64,000 nucleotides of DNA from Rhizodiscina lignyota (Eukaryota), in assembly GCA_010015805.1 (NCBI GenBank), contig ML978123.1, positions 1,426,001 through 1,490,000 on the forward strand. Reading direction: 5' to 3'. Positions 14,181 through 25,530 of the stretch are shown here, one piece after another. The notes below the pieces were generated by a model, which did no database searches, was not told where the DNA came from, and saw only the letters and a program-made list of their open reading frames with translations. Every line of letters starts with the position of its first letter. Positions within the stretch are counted from its first letter, which is position 1. The position numbers and the translations under genes were made by a program.

Positions 14181-15925
14181 ATGGTCGCTGAACGTCAATA
14201 GACTCTCTGTACAACCATTTTCACTACCCGAACGATTAGTTGATGTAGTTTTTGTATTTTCTACACAAGTATATTCGTATCGGCCGCCCTTGATTCCTAC
14301 GGTTCGTTGCACTTTCTGCAGAACCGTTTTTATCAGCTAGCGCCTGTTGGTCAAAGCATTGGAAACTCTGATGTGGAGCCCGATACTCTTGGGTGCCGAC
14401 GCTTTCAAGGAAACTAGACTGTGAGACAATGAGCCTTTTGTTACTTTTCCGAAACCAGGAGCGCTTCTTCGTTCTGCCGAAATCTTTCTTCCATAGCATC
14501 TTGGAGTTAAGTTGATATCGTTATGGCTAATAACAGGAGCTTCTGTCTTACATAACTGGCGCGGCGAGCGATGGGGGTGTGGGAGGGTGTGGGAGGGTGA
14601 TGGATGAAGCAGGGAACGAAGCTCATCATAGCTTTAACCTGCTCAAGAGTAACGTGGTATTTCTCCGGTATGCCGGCCGAAAATCATGCGCCTCGGCCAG
14701 CCAGCACTGCACGCTCCTCTTTGAGAGGAGCTGTCCATCTGGTGGTGACACCCAGAATGAAACGCGATTTCGGCGGAATACTGTTTCACAATCAGCAATG
14801 TAAGCAAAGAGCAATCATTGAGCCTTCAAGAACCTGATCGAGCCGTTCACGTTGGCTGTTAGCTAACCCTAATCATCCTCGAGAAGCGCAAGAGCTCTTC
14901 GAGACTTCGATTGATCGATTGCGGTGAGAAGACTGTCTAGCGAGACCGAGCTCCTCTCCGTAAACCCATCACGAGCCACTTCCTTGAGCCCATCTACAAT
15001 GTCTAATTACCTGATCACAGGCTCGCGTCTGGTGAGAACAAATTTCTCTCACAATCCATCGCACCGAATTCGACCGCCCGAACTGATCCCCAGTCCTCTC
15101 GAGTCTCAACAGAAGAATACTCGGAGCAAGTAGAGGTATAACAACAGGTCGAGGAGGATGTAGAGTGTAGAGACAGGAGTCTTGGAAGCGTCTGAAGATA
15201 CACCTCGGCAGATGTTCGTGGATGTTCGCAGGCTGTAGCGTATTGTCCTTGATAAAAATTTGGTCCATGGCTGATCCCTGAGGCGTCTCGGACACGCGCA
15301 TTTCTTGAGTCTTTTCGTTTATTTTCAAAACCAAAAGATTGAGACTAGCTAGATAGCCGACTTCAGATAGGGAATATGGAACCAAATGTGAAATTTCACC
15401 TAATGCGCCTAAGACTGCACACCGTCTTCTTTAACAAAATTAGATCCTAAATCTCAGCTCTCCGCCCTCCCTCTGAGCGTGAGATGTAGCTGAACCTGTC
15501 AGTGAAAAGGCGGAGTCGATGCGCGTTGTAGACGCTACTGGCATGCCGAATCCTGCTCGATTGCCGGACTCAACATTTGATCTACTTGTCTTCTCTTGTC
15601 AGAAAAGGCTTCGAGCCAGAACGCTGTAAACGCTCATAGCGCTCAGATGGTCGGAATGTGCGTCGCAGGCTGGCTCGCCATAGTGGCCGCCGAACCGGGG
15701 AGGCGCGCCACCTCATTCTGCGACCGTGCCCGTAGAGACGCCTCACGCCTCCACGCTGCTCGCGACACCAAAGAAGTGCTATAAATCTGCCAATATCTGA
15801 CCGACATCATTGAGACTCGCGCATTTTAGGACTTGTTTTCTGCTGGCCGCTCCGGCGTTGGTGCTGTGAGCAAAATAAAATAAAATAGCAACACCTCTAA
15901 TTGCAAAAATATGCTGGTCGTGCTG

Positions 15926-15936
15926 GGAATTGAACC
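15926..15936 (-). promoter_or_regulatory. Pol III B box (TFIIIC site), downstream of the terminators
   Basis: GGTTCAATTCC fits the GGTTCRANTCC consensus. Confidence 0.6.
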
Positions 15937-15954
15937 TGGGCGGTAGCAGTGTCG

Positions 15955-15977
15955 AAAAAAAAATCCGCCAAAAAAAA
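15955..15977 (-). terminator. Tandem oligo-T Pol III terminators (T8, T9)
   Basis: A8 at 15970-15977 and A9 at 15955-15963 on the + strand. Confidence 0.55.
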
Positions 15978-16190
15978 CTTGTGGCCAGTGACCTCTTCCG
16001 TTTGATCTCTGTAATGGGACATGGGACATATGATGACTGCAAGCAGTAATAAGTGTAGACATCATAAGGGGGACATTGGGTACATACGGGCGGCCTGCCG
16101 AAGAGCGAAGCCTATTACGGGCGTTCGGTTTGATCGGAAGTAATAAATACGGAGCTCCCCAACTGAGCCATTCGCGCTTCGGCATTGGCA
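15970..16190 (-). ncRNA. Candidate RNA polymerase III-transcribed structured ncRNA (~210 nt), family unidentified
   Basis: On the minus strand: TATATATTAAA at 16215-16205, A box TGGCTCAGTTGG at 16170-16159, T8 at 15977-15970, T9 at 15963-15955 and B box GGTTCAATTCC at 15936-15926. The 5' and 3' halves form nested complementary stems. Confidence 0.6.
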
Positions 16191-16215
16191 ATCAAAACTC
16201 AGAGTTTAATATATA
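16159..16215 (-). promoter_or_regulatory. Pol III TATA element plus A box
   Basis: TATATATTAAA lies ~45 nt upstream of TGGCTCAGTTGG (TRGCNNARYNNG consensus). The spacing fits a start near 16186-16190. Confidence 0.55.
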
Positions 16216-16605
16216 GCCATAGATCCCAAGCCCCCCCCCCTCCAACGGAGCATTTTCCCACACCATTACCAATAAATCCCGGTAATAATGCGTTTGATTT
16301 CGCGTCCTACTCTAATAGGATTATCCTTAAGCATCCAGATAAATCATTTATGCGCTGTTCCGGGGCCTAATTCCCTTCTGTCCTTCTACAAAGTTAGTAC
16401 ATCTTGAGCGACGCTCAGGGCGGGTAACCTTCGGCGGTCAATCGCTCAAGGATGCAGTCTGCAGCACAGTGCACGCATCCAGTTTTTTTGCTGCTCCACT
16501 GCGGCCGCGGCGAGTATGCATGCTATGTTGTAGTTGACCTTATGCATGATTGCTCTTGACGTGCGGTGAGTAGTTAGTATTGGTGGGAGATACAGTCCAT
16601 TCAAT

Positions 16606-16812
16606 CTACTCGGAGATCGCTGTCGATGGTATCGCCGTGGGATGAATGTAGAGAGGAAATATCGACTTCGAGCCGAAGGAGTCGTAGAGACTTTTAATGA
16701 AGACTTCTTTGAGCAGGAGACTGCGTTGCTCAGCTGCAGCCTTGATCGGCAGAGCATGGACGTTGTCGCAGTCCGCAAGCCGAACTCCTGCTCTTTACAA
16801 AAGAGACGACAT
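16606..16812 (-). pseudogene. Possible decayed GNAT (diamine acetyltransferase-like) N-terminus
   Basis: MSSLL*RAGVRLADCDNVHALPIKAAAEQRSLLLKEVFIKSLYDSFG, with an in-frame TAA at codon 6. The resemblance was judged by eye only. Confidence 0.22.
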
Positions 16813-18640
16813 GAGAAGGACAAATATATAAAGGTGAGAACTTCGATATGGAAAGACAGAAGGGCAGTTGATATATTAAAGACGTCTCATTGGGGTTGCG
16901 GCAGGTCAGTGCATGTGTATGTAACTCAGGGGAAAGGACGACGCTGACCAACACTACCTCGCATGGGCGAGGCTTCGCAGACAAGAATGTGAAATACGAA
17001 AGACGGCATAGCTGGACTATGGAGTCAAACGCAAGAGACGAGATAGAGAGCTCTGCTAGATGAACAGACTATATATCAAGACAGGGGCAGGGAAGTTATG
17101 TCGTAGTCTCCTGTATACACGGACAGCATTTGAGGGGAACAGGCGATGGGCTTTAGCAGAGACTTGCTAATGAATGGAATGACAATACGAAGTAATTACC
17201 TTGGAAATCGAGATCAACGTAGCTTGCTCCGAGAGAAAAATCACTAGAATAGTGATGAAGACAGGCTCTAGGAGAAACATTGGTCTTTCCAGACCATAGC
17301 CCAGAACTTGGTCAATATCGTGGCCTATATTGGTCTCCCGGAGCTGTCAACCTTGCCACGGCAGTCATTGTTCTTAGCAGCGAACATGGCCTTCGGAATG
17401 TGAACCCAGATGGCCATGACAGGAACAGGATGTCCACACGTACCCAGAGTCAAGGCATTGTGCCCATTGCAAACTGGCATGTCCACCCTGAGCATCAGCT
17501 CTGCAAACATTGACTTTTCGTCCGTGAGGAACGTATGCGGTGAGATGGGTGGTTGTGCTCTGTCAAAGTTGCAGTCTTTGTGTCCGTGGTCCAAGTGCCT
17601 CACCTGTTGTCAGTTACGGTGTAGGTCTCCAACGGCAAAACGGATTGTCTGTAAGTGGTGGAGCTGAAACAGCATTGTGACACCAGCGATCTTTGACTTA
17701 TTGCTGGGCTTCTGGCTGACGAAGCCGCTATTAGCAGGTAGGATAACTGGCCAATTGGTATCTCCTGCAGGAGACTGGCAAAAGTACTCGGGCTCCTCCT
17801 CGGAAGTTCTGAGATTGTTTCGAGGTTCTCCCGAACCTAGTGTGCGCAGTGAGATCGAGGCACAGATGAAGAACACCGAAGAGCTGACCGAGAACGGGGC
17901 GATAAGGATGATGATGCCGACGAAGGAAGTGATGAGAGCAGCATTGCAAGTTTGCCGAAGACTCTTGTCTGATCTGTGACTGTGAGAAATTGTGAGTAAG
18001 CGAGTTGTGGTGTATGTCGGAAAGATCACGCAGATTGCAAAGCTGTGGGCAAGGGCGCGCATTCGGCTTTCGATGCTCAAGCCTCAACAAAAGGATTGGC
18101 GATGACAACATGGGAGTGACTGGGCTTAGAGCCTATTTCGTGCTGGGGTTGCGGCAGTTGCGCCAGCTTCATCGACGGAGATTGAGGAAACAATGGCTGT
18201 GGGCGCGGAAGACCGAGAAACGAACCCAAGGCAGTACGCGTCACCGAAGAGGTGGGCAGAGGTGAGATTAGCGATAGAGACGTTGTACAACTGGTCGGCA
18301 GGCGCGACTGGTCGGGAGTGCGAGCGCGTTCATTTGCAATGCATGCATGGTGTGGTGAGGAGAGGGAATGCGGTGGGGGAAAGTGATGACTCGAAAGGAC
18401 ACAAGTGTAGTTCAAACAAGGTTTGAGGCTTCTGCATCGGAGAAATATGTTTGCTTTTGTGGGGCTTGCTAAAGTGCGATGGCTTGGGTGGCTAGTGCGG
18501 CCAACATCGTGCCTTCCATACCTAGCGGTATGTACACAGACCCCTTGCATCAGCACAGCATCTCCTACATCGTCTTTGAATCAACTACAGCGCTTGAGAA
18601 CCTTGAAATGTCGCATCTTGTTGACCGCTGACGAGAAATA

Positions 18641-20863
18641 ATGGAAATAATACTCGACAAACCAAAGCCAAGGCCGTGGCTCCAACCCGGTAGCCTCCCT
18701 TCGATACCACCACATCCCGACAGCGAACTCGGCAACGACCACTCGACAGATCATCTAGAGAGTAGCGGACAAGTCAGTATCATCGATATAATGATTCACC
18801 AGCGAACGATGTCCCTCTCATGCCTTTGGGATGCCGGGGCCAGAACCGCTGACCTTCCTTACTCGATGATCTGTCACTCGACGATAAACACGGGCGACCA
18901 TCTACAATCCTTCGCACGCCGTCATTGGCGCATCTACCCTTACAGCTGGAGAAGCGTCGAGTCAATACGATTATCGCTGGTCGCGAGAGCGTTCTGCACT
19001 ACTCCTGGGCAGCACAGCTTCGATCAGCGAGGCGCCCATCTCAACTCTCGCTCCTCGACGCGGAGCTCACCTTCAGCACACTCGCAATATAGGCGTGCCA
19101 CGCAGAGCATCCTCTCACATCGGAGCGACATGGATAGCGTTGAGATCCTCGCATATACAGTGATAGATGTCGTGGTACCACAGTCGATGACATCCCTCAC
19201 TTCTACACTGGCGGCCCATGTTGACACGGCATCGGGGCTGTCAGCATATAAGGCGGAAACCCGAGGGCTAACAAGGCATCGCATCGGCATGGAAGTCTCC
19301 CAGCGTCATCGCGTGTACTTTGACTATTGTGGGCACCAAGCAAGCCAGCTAATCTCGTCACCTTCGTCCTTGGATTCCGAATCAGCGATCAGAACGGCCG
19401 GTCAGAGGAGACATCTGGACACATTGGTTGCTTGGAACAATGGATAACAACCTCTTCGGAGAAGAGATGGCCTAGTCGTGGCTTCTTCGGACACCGGTGA
19501 TGTTACGATGGCTGGTTCTCTATCCCCTCGGCCGTCTTATCATGCATGGGCCTTCCCTCTGCGCACAGCGCTCGACTGCAGTAGGGTCAACCTGAGCACT
19601 TACGGAAACTGTACTGGCCACGGTATTATCGTCATCTCTGTTCGACCACACTGCCTTTCTGTAGTCGACTTGCCGACTGGAGCTCCGAACCGGGCCCGGT
19701 TGTTACGGACTCGGAGACAACGAGAGCGCTTACGAACTCCGTAGCCTCTGAATCTCTTTCGTGGGGAATCTCAATCACATTTGTGGTCTTGGGTTGTTGC
19801 GCACGTCGCTCCTTTACGTGCAACGCGTCCTGTGCTGGTGGAGATGAAAGGCCAAATGCAAGGAGCTTACACCTGCTCCGCATTTGTTGTATTCTGTCCT
19901 CCAACTTTATCTTGCGGTTGCGGGTGCAACTCACTATCTTCCGATCAAGGCCATCTGCAACGGGCAAGACTCTTCGCACAATCATGCCGTTGGCGCTGGA
20001 AGCACTCCAGAAAGGCATTTCCGAGATGGCGCCGACCACCGATACCACTTGAATGCGAAGTCCATGGGATATTCAGCTAGTCTTTGACGTCTTTGTTTCT
20101 AGAGGCACATCAATGCTCTTGTCGGCAAGCAGTAGAGCTCAAGCTTTACACAGAAATCCAGAGGCGAGAGGCGATAACATTGGTACTGTCGGTAGCTCGC
20201 TCAATGTTTTGCCAAGAGGGACGAACTGGAAGATTACTCGAACCTTTGCGCTCCGTAATCTTCTGCTGGCGCTATTCGGACGCCGACACGCCTACTGTTC
20301 GCGAGAAGAAGCGAAAATCCATTAAGCTTCAATATGAACCAGCCGGATCGCCATTCAACTTTTTGGGCAAAATCATCCGGATGCTGTCATTGTCGATTGC
20401 GAAGAGTGTACTCGTCTCCCACATTGGTGTGGATGCTTCGCTGTCGTATCCATTTGGACGCAGTCCGTTTGTCTGTCCGCCATTGCTGGTACATTATGCC
20501 CTTCAAGGGTTGAATAATCCGCAAATTCCGGGATGGCACTGTGCCGTGAGAGACGGATGTGGATCCATTTCCAGCACATGGGCTCATGTCTCTAGAGATC
20601 CCCGTACGGGGACCCGATGTGGATATTTCATTTCTTCCCAGAACTTGATGTGGCGACACTTGACGTGGCCTCCGAACTCATTCTTCTGGCGATGGCCTGA
20701 GCTACCAATTCCATGGCAGCAATCGAAAAATCACCTGGCGATTGATGATGTTGTTCTGAAGTGCCTCTCTCGGAATGCTGGATCCAAGTGGAATCTTGTC
20801 CGGGCTGATCTTTTGTTCAATGCCATCAAATCCAGTGACCGGAAGCGCACCTGTATTCTCTAA
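18641..20863 (+). pseudogene. Possible frameshifted relic of a fungal-specific transcription factor gene
   Basis: Fragments in different frames (LYSVLQLYLAVAGATHYL; IMPLALEALQKGISE; IQLVFDVF; FVCPPLLVHYALQGLNN) resemble the Fungal_trans_2 region. There is no intact ORF and no Zn2Cys6 motif. Confidence 0.25.
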
Positions 20864-23689
20864 ATATGCCTCTCTCAAATTCCAGTCGCCAAATGAACTG
20901 CAATCTCTTATTGCTCGAAGTCCGATCGTCCCAAGCTCTTACTGTATTTCTGCTTCAATAACATCTTGTTTCCTTGCGTCTTCTTGTATTTATTGAGGCC
21001 ATGGAGCGTCTCGTCTCGTCTCATTGTTCTGTTTTCACTTGTCACTTTCAATTCATGCATCGTATAACCATTTCAGAGTTTTCGTCTTGCCTTTTCGAGC
21101 TGAGGTTCCGCGAATGTTATCCGGAGCTCGGCGTCTCAATCTACAGTACTGTTTAGATGGGTCCCTGGTTGACTACCGAATCATGAGAGACAAGTCTGGC
21201 ATGCCGCGTCCTTCCCAGTTTCGCGACCGAGGGGCACAATTGAACTGAGCTAGTCCGTACTCACGCTTATGGCGTGAACACGATAGTGGTCGACAATCCT
21301 GTACCTCCATACGGTTCTCAGTGTTACTGGGAGGTCGTGCTCTTAGTCAGGAGCTTGACGGCGTTTGATTGTGGCCTTTTACCTCGCCCTCGGAGAGTGT
21401 TCGCTCGGATTGGCCCTGTCCACTATGACTATCGGCATCCAAGTTTATGAGTATATCCTGTTGGATTTCAAAGCTCCGAAACCAGGAGCCAGTACAGACC
21501 ACTGGCATATCACCCATCTGAGGCACAGTCTGCCTTGAACCGGTCTGGGGTTTGGGATCGTTGTTTTCCCTTAGGACACTTCCGGTATGGGCCGTCTACC
21601 TGTATGTTTAACTGTTCGGCCTCCGAGTAGTCCAAACGTCTGGTCAGTGTATCTTGCTATCTCTTGACATTGGTAGCCGGTCCTCCGTCCCATTGTTGCA
21701 ACCGAGTGGCACGCCAGCGGAAGGGATATCTCAGTTTCCAATGCTTGTCCTGCTCGGCCGCGTCTGTGATCTTTCCGAAATATGCTGTTCACCGATCGGG
21801 TTCCTCCTGACATCGAAAGGACAACGTATCGGAATGGTGATGTTTGGCTGGGCTGAGCTCCACTAGCGCCATCCTTTCTTCTCACTATTAGCTCAATCTT
21901 TGCACATGGTCAACGGGCAACGTATCATCCATTTGTTGTGCCAGGCTAGGCCCTTTGGGTAACATCCCACGGCACATGCTCCCTGCTATATGTGGTGTGT
22001 GAGCAAGCTCGTCTTTCGTTCCGTCGCGATTCGCGACGATGGACGGCCGAGCTTGTTCCTCAGCTACTGATTTCTAGGCTGCTGTAATTCGTAAGTGTTG
22101 CTCTATGCCTCAGCAACCGCGATTGCACCATATTGTTCCCGTCGCGATCGCGCTTTGATAGGGTGTGTCGGATACAAGAGAGACTCGGCGCCGCGTAGAA
22201 GAAGGATCGCGTCGTGGGTATCGAGGCATGGCGATCTCTTTCCTGGCTTCGCCTGGTGGGACTTCAGTTTATGCTAATATCCCTTTGCATCGCCGAGCAT
22301 TGCTAGGCCTTCTGGCAAAGCTTTTGCTTTGGTAACGCTCTTGTTTTGGTCGCGCGACGACAGTGCGGTTCGATAAGGAAGGGAAAAACAGACCGTAAAG
22401 ATCCTCTAACCGATGGAATTAGCCCTCATCTAGAGGTTATTGACCACACACCTGCTTTGGGCAGAACTGCTAGGAAAATCGAAGTTGTCTTAGTTCTGTT
22501 GGAGGTCGTCACCCTCCGCTGGGTCTGTCGTCACTATGCCCAGATTCATGGCGCGCAAAACTATTATGGGCGCCGTTTTCGAGCTGAACAAAGAGTTATG
22601 GTCACTGCACAAGCAGATCCAGTTTTTTGGTTTGTTTGTGGATGATGCTACTGACAAACTGGTCACCGTGTGGCAGCCGGACACCTAAGCGGACCGGTGC
22701 GAAAAGAAGCGTCTGACGAGACGAACGACGTTGGATTTCGAGAATCGTATAGATTGTTGTTGGCAGCGACAGGAATTGCCAGATTATCGAGGAGAACTGC
22801 AGATTGTTTATGCGTGGAAAGTCTTCCCGGAAGTGCGTATTCTGTTTTCTAGCGCAGAGGCGCGCGTATTCTCGTAGCCGCGTACTACCTGCTAATACTC
22901 CTGTCAGATATGTTTTAAGCAAAGGATGCGATGATTCTTTTGGAATGGAAGCATTTCGCACCTCTGGAAGTTGCTAAACTTGACCGTAAATCGAGACTGG
23001 GTAGGTTTTCCTCCAGCTGCCCAAACGCCGGCGCGCCGCCAGCACGCTCACAGCTTCGCCACTCAAATGCCTTACGCAAACGCATTTGGATACCATAAAA
23101 AAGGTATTACTAGGCCACTGAAATGTCAAAGACCACTTCGTATACGCTTCTAGATGGGACGCGTAGAGGCGAGCTCCCTAAGGAGGGCCGACATCAATGT
23201 ATGCCTAAACATCACGACAATTTGCACAAGTGAATTCGCGGCCCTTTCCATTATTTTCGACATCACTAATCTAGCACAACAACTTATGCGAGGCTAATCT
23301 AATCTTAATACATGTCTAGAGAGCTCTTACGACGATTGCCACAACGTAAATGAACGCTGCGGCATGATAATAAACAGTTCAAACCTTAGTCCAAACCGAC
23401 AGTTGTTTTGACGTTTGGTATCTTACATCAGGCTTACTGTTTACAATCGCCTAACATAGTCCGCTACGATCTCAGCATAGCTGCGTAACGAATCAAGCAT
23501 GGCCAAGCATTGGTTCTCGACAGAATCTAATGTGATAGTAATCTACTACGGTAAAGGCAACATACAAATTCAACAGCTCCTCTCATCTCAAATCATCACA
23601 GCAAATATGACACGAAGGATGAACACTAGAGAGCCAGCTTTCTTCGTCAAGCTCCCACTCAAGGCGGAAGGCAAAATGAAAAAGAGCCA

Positions 23690-23882
23690 GATGGTCGCGT
23701 CAGCCGGAGGTAGTACAATACCGGCGACACAGTGGTCGGAAACCAATACCAAAGGCATATGGAATCTTCCCCGGTGCCAAAAATTTTAATAAATGATCTT
23801 AGGGCCGTAGCCCCGTAATCAGAGATTAAACTGATTAAGAACAGATACTACACTTGATCTAAGCCAAACGGCAAAGAGAGCT
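23690..23882 (-). ncRNA. U2: U2 spliceosomal snRNA
   Basis: Reverse complement reads AGCTCTCTTTGCCGTTTGGCTTAGATCAAGTGTAGTATCTGTTCTT (branch-recognition GTAGTA). Stem IIa AATCAG/CTGATT, IIc complement ATTAAA, Sm site AATTTTTGG and a terminal stem-loop IV are all present. Confidence 0.97.
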
Positions 23883-23919
23883 AAGGAAGAGAAGTCAAAG
23901 TTGGGCGAAGAATGGCGAG

Positions 23920-23928
23920 TTTTTATAC
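23920..23928 (-). promoter_or_regulatory. TATA box of the U2 gene
   Basis: GTATAAAA on the minus strand, ~40 nt upstream of the U2 5' end. Confidence 0.55.
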
Positions 23929-24043
23929 TCAGAGAAAATTTGGCTTTGGTATCTAGCACCTTCGTGGCCCTTAGTGCTTTTGCAAGCCACTGAGTGGCGG
24001 TTGGCCAAAAATAAACCCAAAGTGGTAACCACGGCCCCCCCAG

Positions 24044-24069
24044 CTGTCACGGCAGACTGTCACGGCAGA
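24044..24069. repeat. Perfect 13-bp tandem duplication CTGTCACGGCAGA x2
   Basis: Read directly at 24044-24056 and 24057-24069. Confidence 0.85.
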
Positions 24070-24712
24070 ATCTCACAGCCACTGAATGTCTACCTAGATC
24101 AGCAAACTCGGCAAATTTGCCACATCTTCTTTAGCATTTTGCCTCCCGAGAGCGTACGCTGCGTAGCACCGTGCTGAAGTACTACTTTTGCTAGTTTGGC
24201 GATGGCTGAAAAGCATGGAACAATCGCTCTTTCGATATTGACTCTGAAATTCCTTGTCTAGGTGTAGGCCGCTACCTTCTACACACCGCCTAGCGCTTTC
24301 CTTGGAGGATGGCGATGCTGGACACTGGCGAAGAGACGATGCCGCCCTCTCAGCGAGAACGCCGAGGAGACTATGGTCTAGATATTGGGTAGGCACATAT
24401 GAATGTTTTGTGTAGGACAGACACGAGGATAGCTACTCTTGCCATATCATACAAGATATCCACCATATTTGGTAATATTACCTGATGGGAAACTGGCTCA
24501 GCCATCGCATATCACCATTATTTGGCGACTGTTGACTAAGGCTCATCTCCCTTGCCAATGAAGTGAGGAGACCTCAGAGCCATCTATGGCATCTCTGCAT
24601 TCACTACGAGATCCGACGGAGAACTAGCACCACTCTCGCTGTGGCTCTAGAGCGGGCTGACGGCCACTATATTCATCCAGCTCGTAGCTCAAAGTTTGTT
24701 GCCACTCCAAAG

Positions 24713-25530
24713 TCAAAGTTTCTCGCCCGCAGCCTTCCTGATCACTCCCACTGTGAACTCTGGTCTGCTTAGGAAAGGAGAGTGATCTCCATCACACCTC
24801 TCAATCTTCCAGCACTCTGGGTTCGCGGCAACGATGGCTTCCTGTATTTCAATTTTCACGGCTTGGTCATTCTCGCACATCAAATACGTGCTCGGGAGGT
24901 GACGAAATGCTTCATACGTCAGCGGCGACATGAACGCCTTCCAGGCATGGCTTCGGAGATGCTTCTTTGCTTCGGCCTGGAGTTCTAGAGAGCATTCGTT
25001 GTAAAACCAGGGTTCCGTGTCGCGCACATAACTCAAATCGCCCTAGTTACATTCGTCAAACGTTCCGCTAATGAGTTTGTTACCAGATGCAATACCTCTA
25101 TTATCGTCCTCTCCGCTTGGAGCGGCTTTCCTCCGTTCCTCTGCCATACCCAGGCCCCAAGCGGAATGACGACGGCACACATATATACCATTGCGACTAC
25201 GCCTCCTCTTCGAACACCGCTACCCTCCCAATCCTTCTTCGTCAGTCCTCTCACAGCCTCCGAGCCCACCGTCCCGCTGTACGAATGAACGACAAGGACA
25301 ACATCTTCTCCCTGGTAAAGATGAGACAAGAGCGCAGCTCGAATGGCGTCGACGTCTACATCCCAAGATTGCGGTGGAGGCTCACCACGGAGATCACAGC
25401 CAATACTGGGTAACGAAACAGGATGGGTTTTGTATCCATGGCTGGAAAGAATGGAGGTTATGGGCTGGAGGCACGCAGGATCATGCCACGCTCCAGGGGA
25501 GAAGGCGATGGTTGGCTTGGGTGAGGACAT
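24713..25530 (-). CDS. Alpha/beta-hydrolase (Abhydrolase_6, methylesterase-like); 2 exons
   Basis: MSSPKPTIAFSPGAWH, nucleophile VHSYSG, YLMCENDQA and catalytic His in GDHSPFLSRP. One intron at ~25040-25095. Confidence 0.9.

Noticed and set aside
14863..14872. CTAACCCTAA, identical to a TTAGGG telomerase RNA template, inside the gene desert
   Set aside because: A single 10-mer that also reads as a branch-point GCTAAC. I could not find a convincing pseudoknot or CR4/5 downstream. A covariance-model search would settle it.
14999..15133. MSNYLITGSR start resembling a short-chain dehydrogenase
   Set aside because: The TGxxxGxG motif is incomplete and there is no continuation. Too weak to call.
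16006..16012. ACAGAGA box on the minus strand, suggesting U6 snRNA
   Set aside because: It is not followed by the AGC triad or internal stem-loop (GAUUAGCAUGGCCCCUGC), and its position and the transcript length do not fit U6.
16030..16166. Plus-strand C/D snoRNA (ATGATGA...CTGA)
   Set aside because: No recognisable rRNA guide, and the C box is buried in a stem. The minus-strand Pol III signals explain the locus better, though this is not formally excluded.
15912..16177. tRNA with a long intron (D-arm-like and T-arm-like halves)
   Set aside because: There is no acceptor-stem or anticodon-stem pairing, and T8/T9 terminators lie between the halves.
17325..18556. Cluster of overlapping 85-160 aa ORFs on both strands
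   Set aside because: No recognisable domain and no consistent exon structure.
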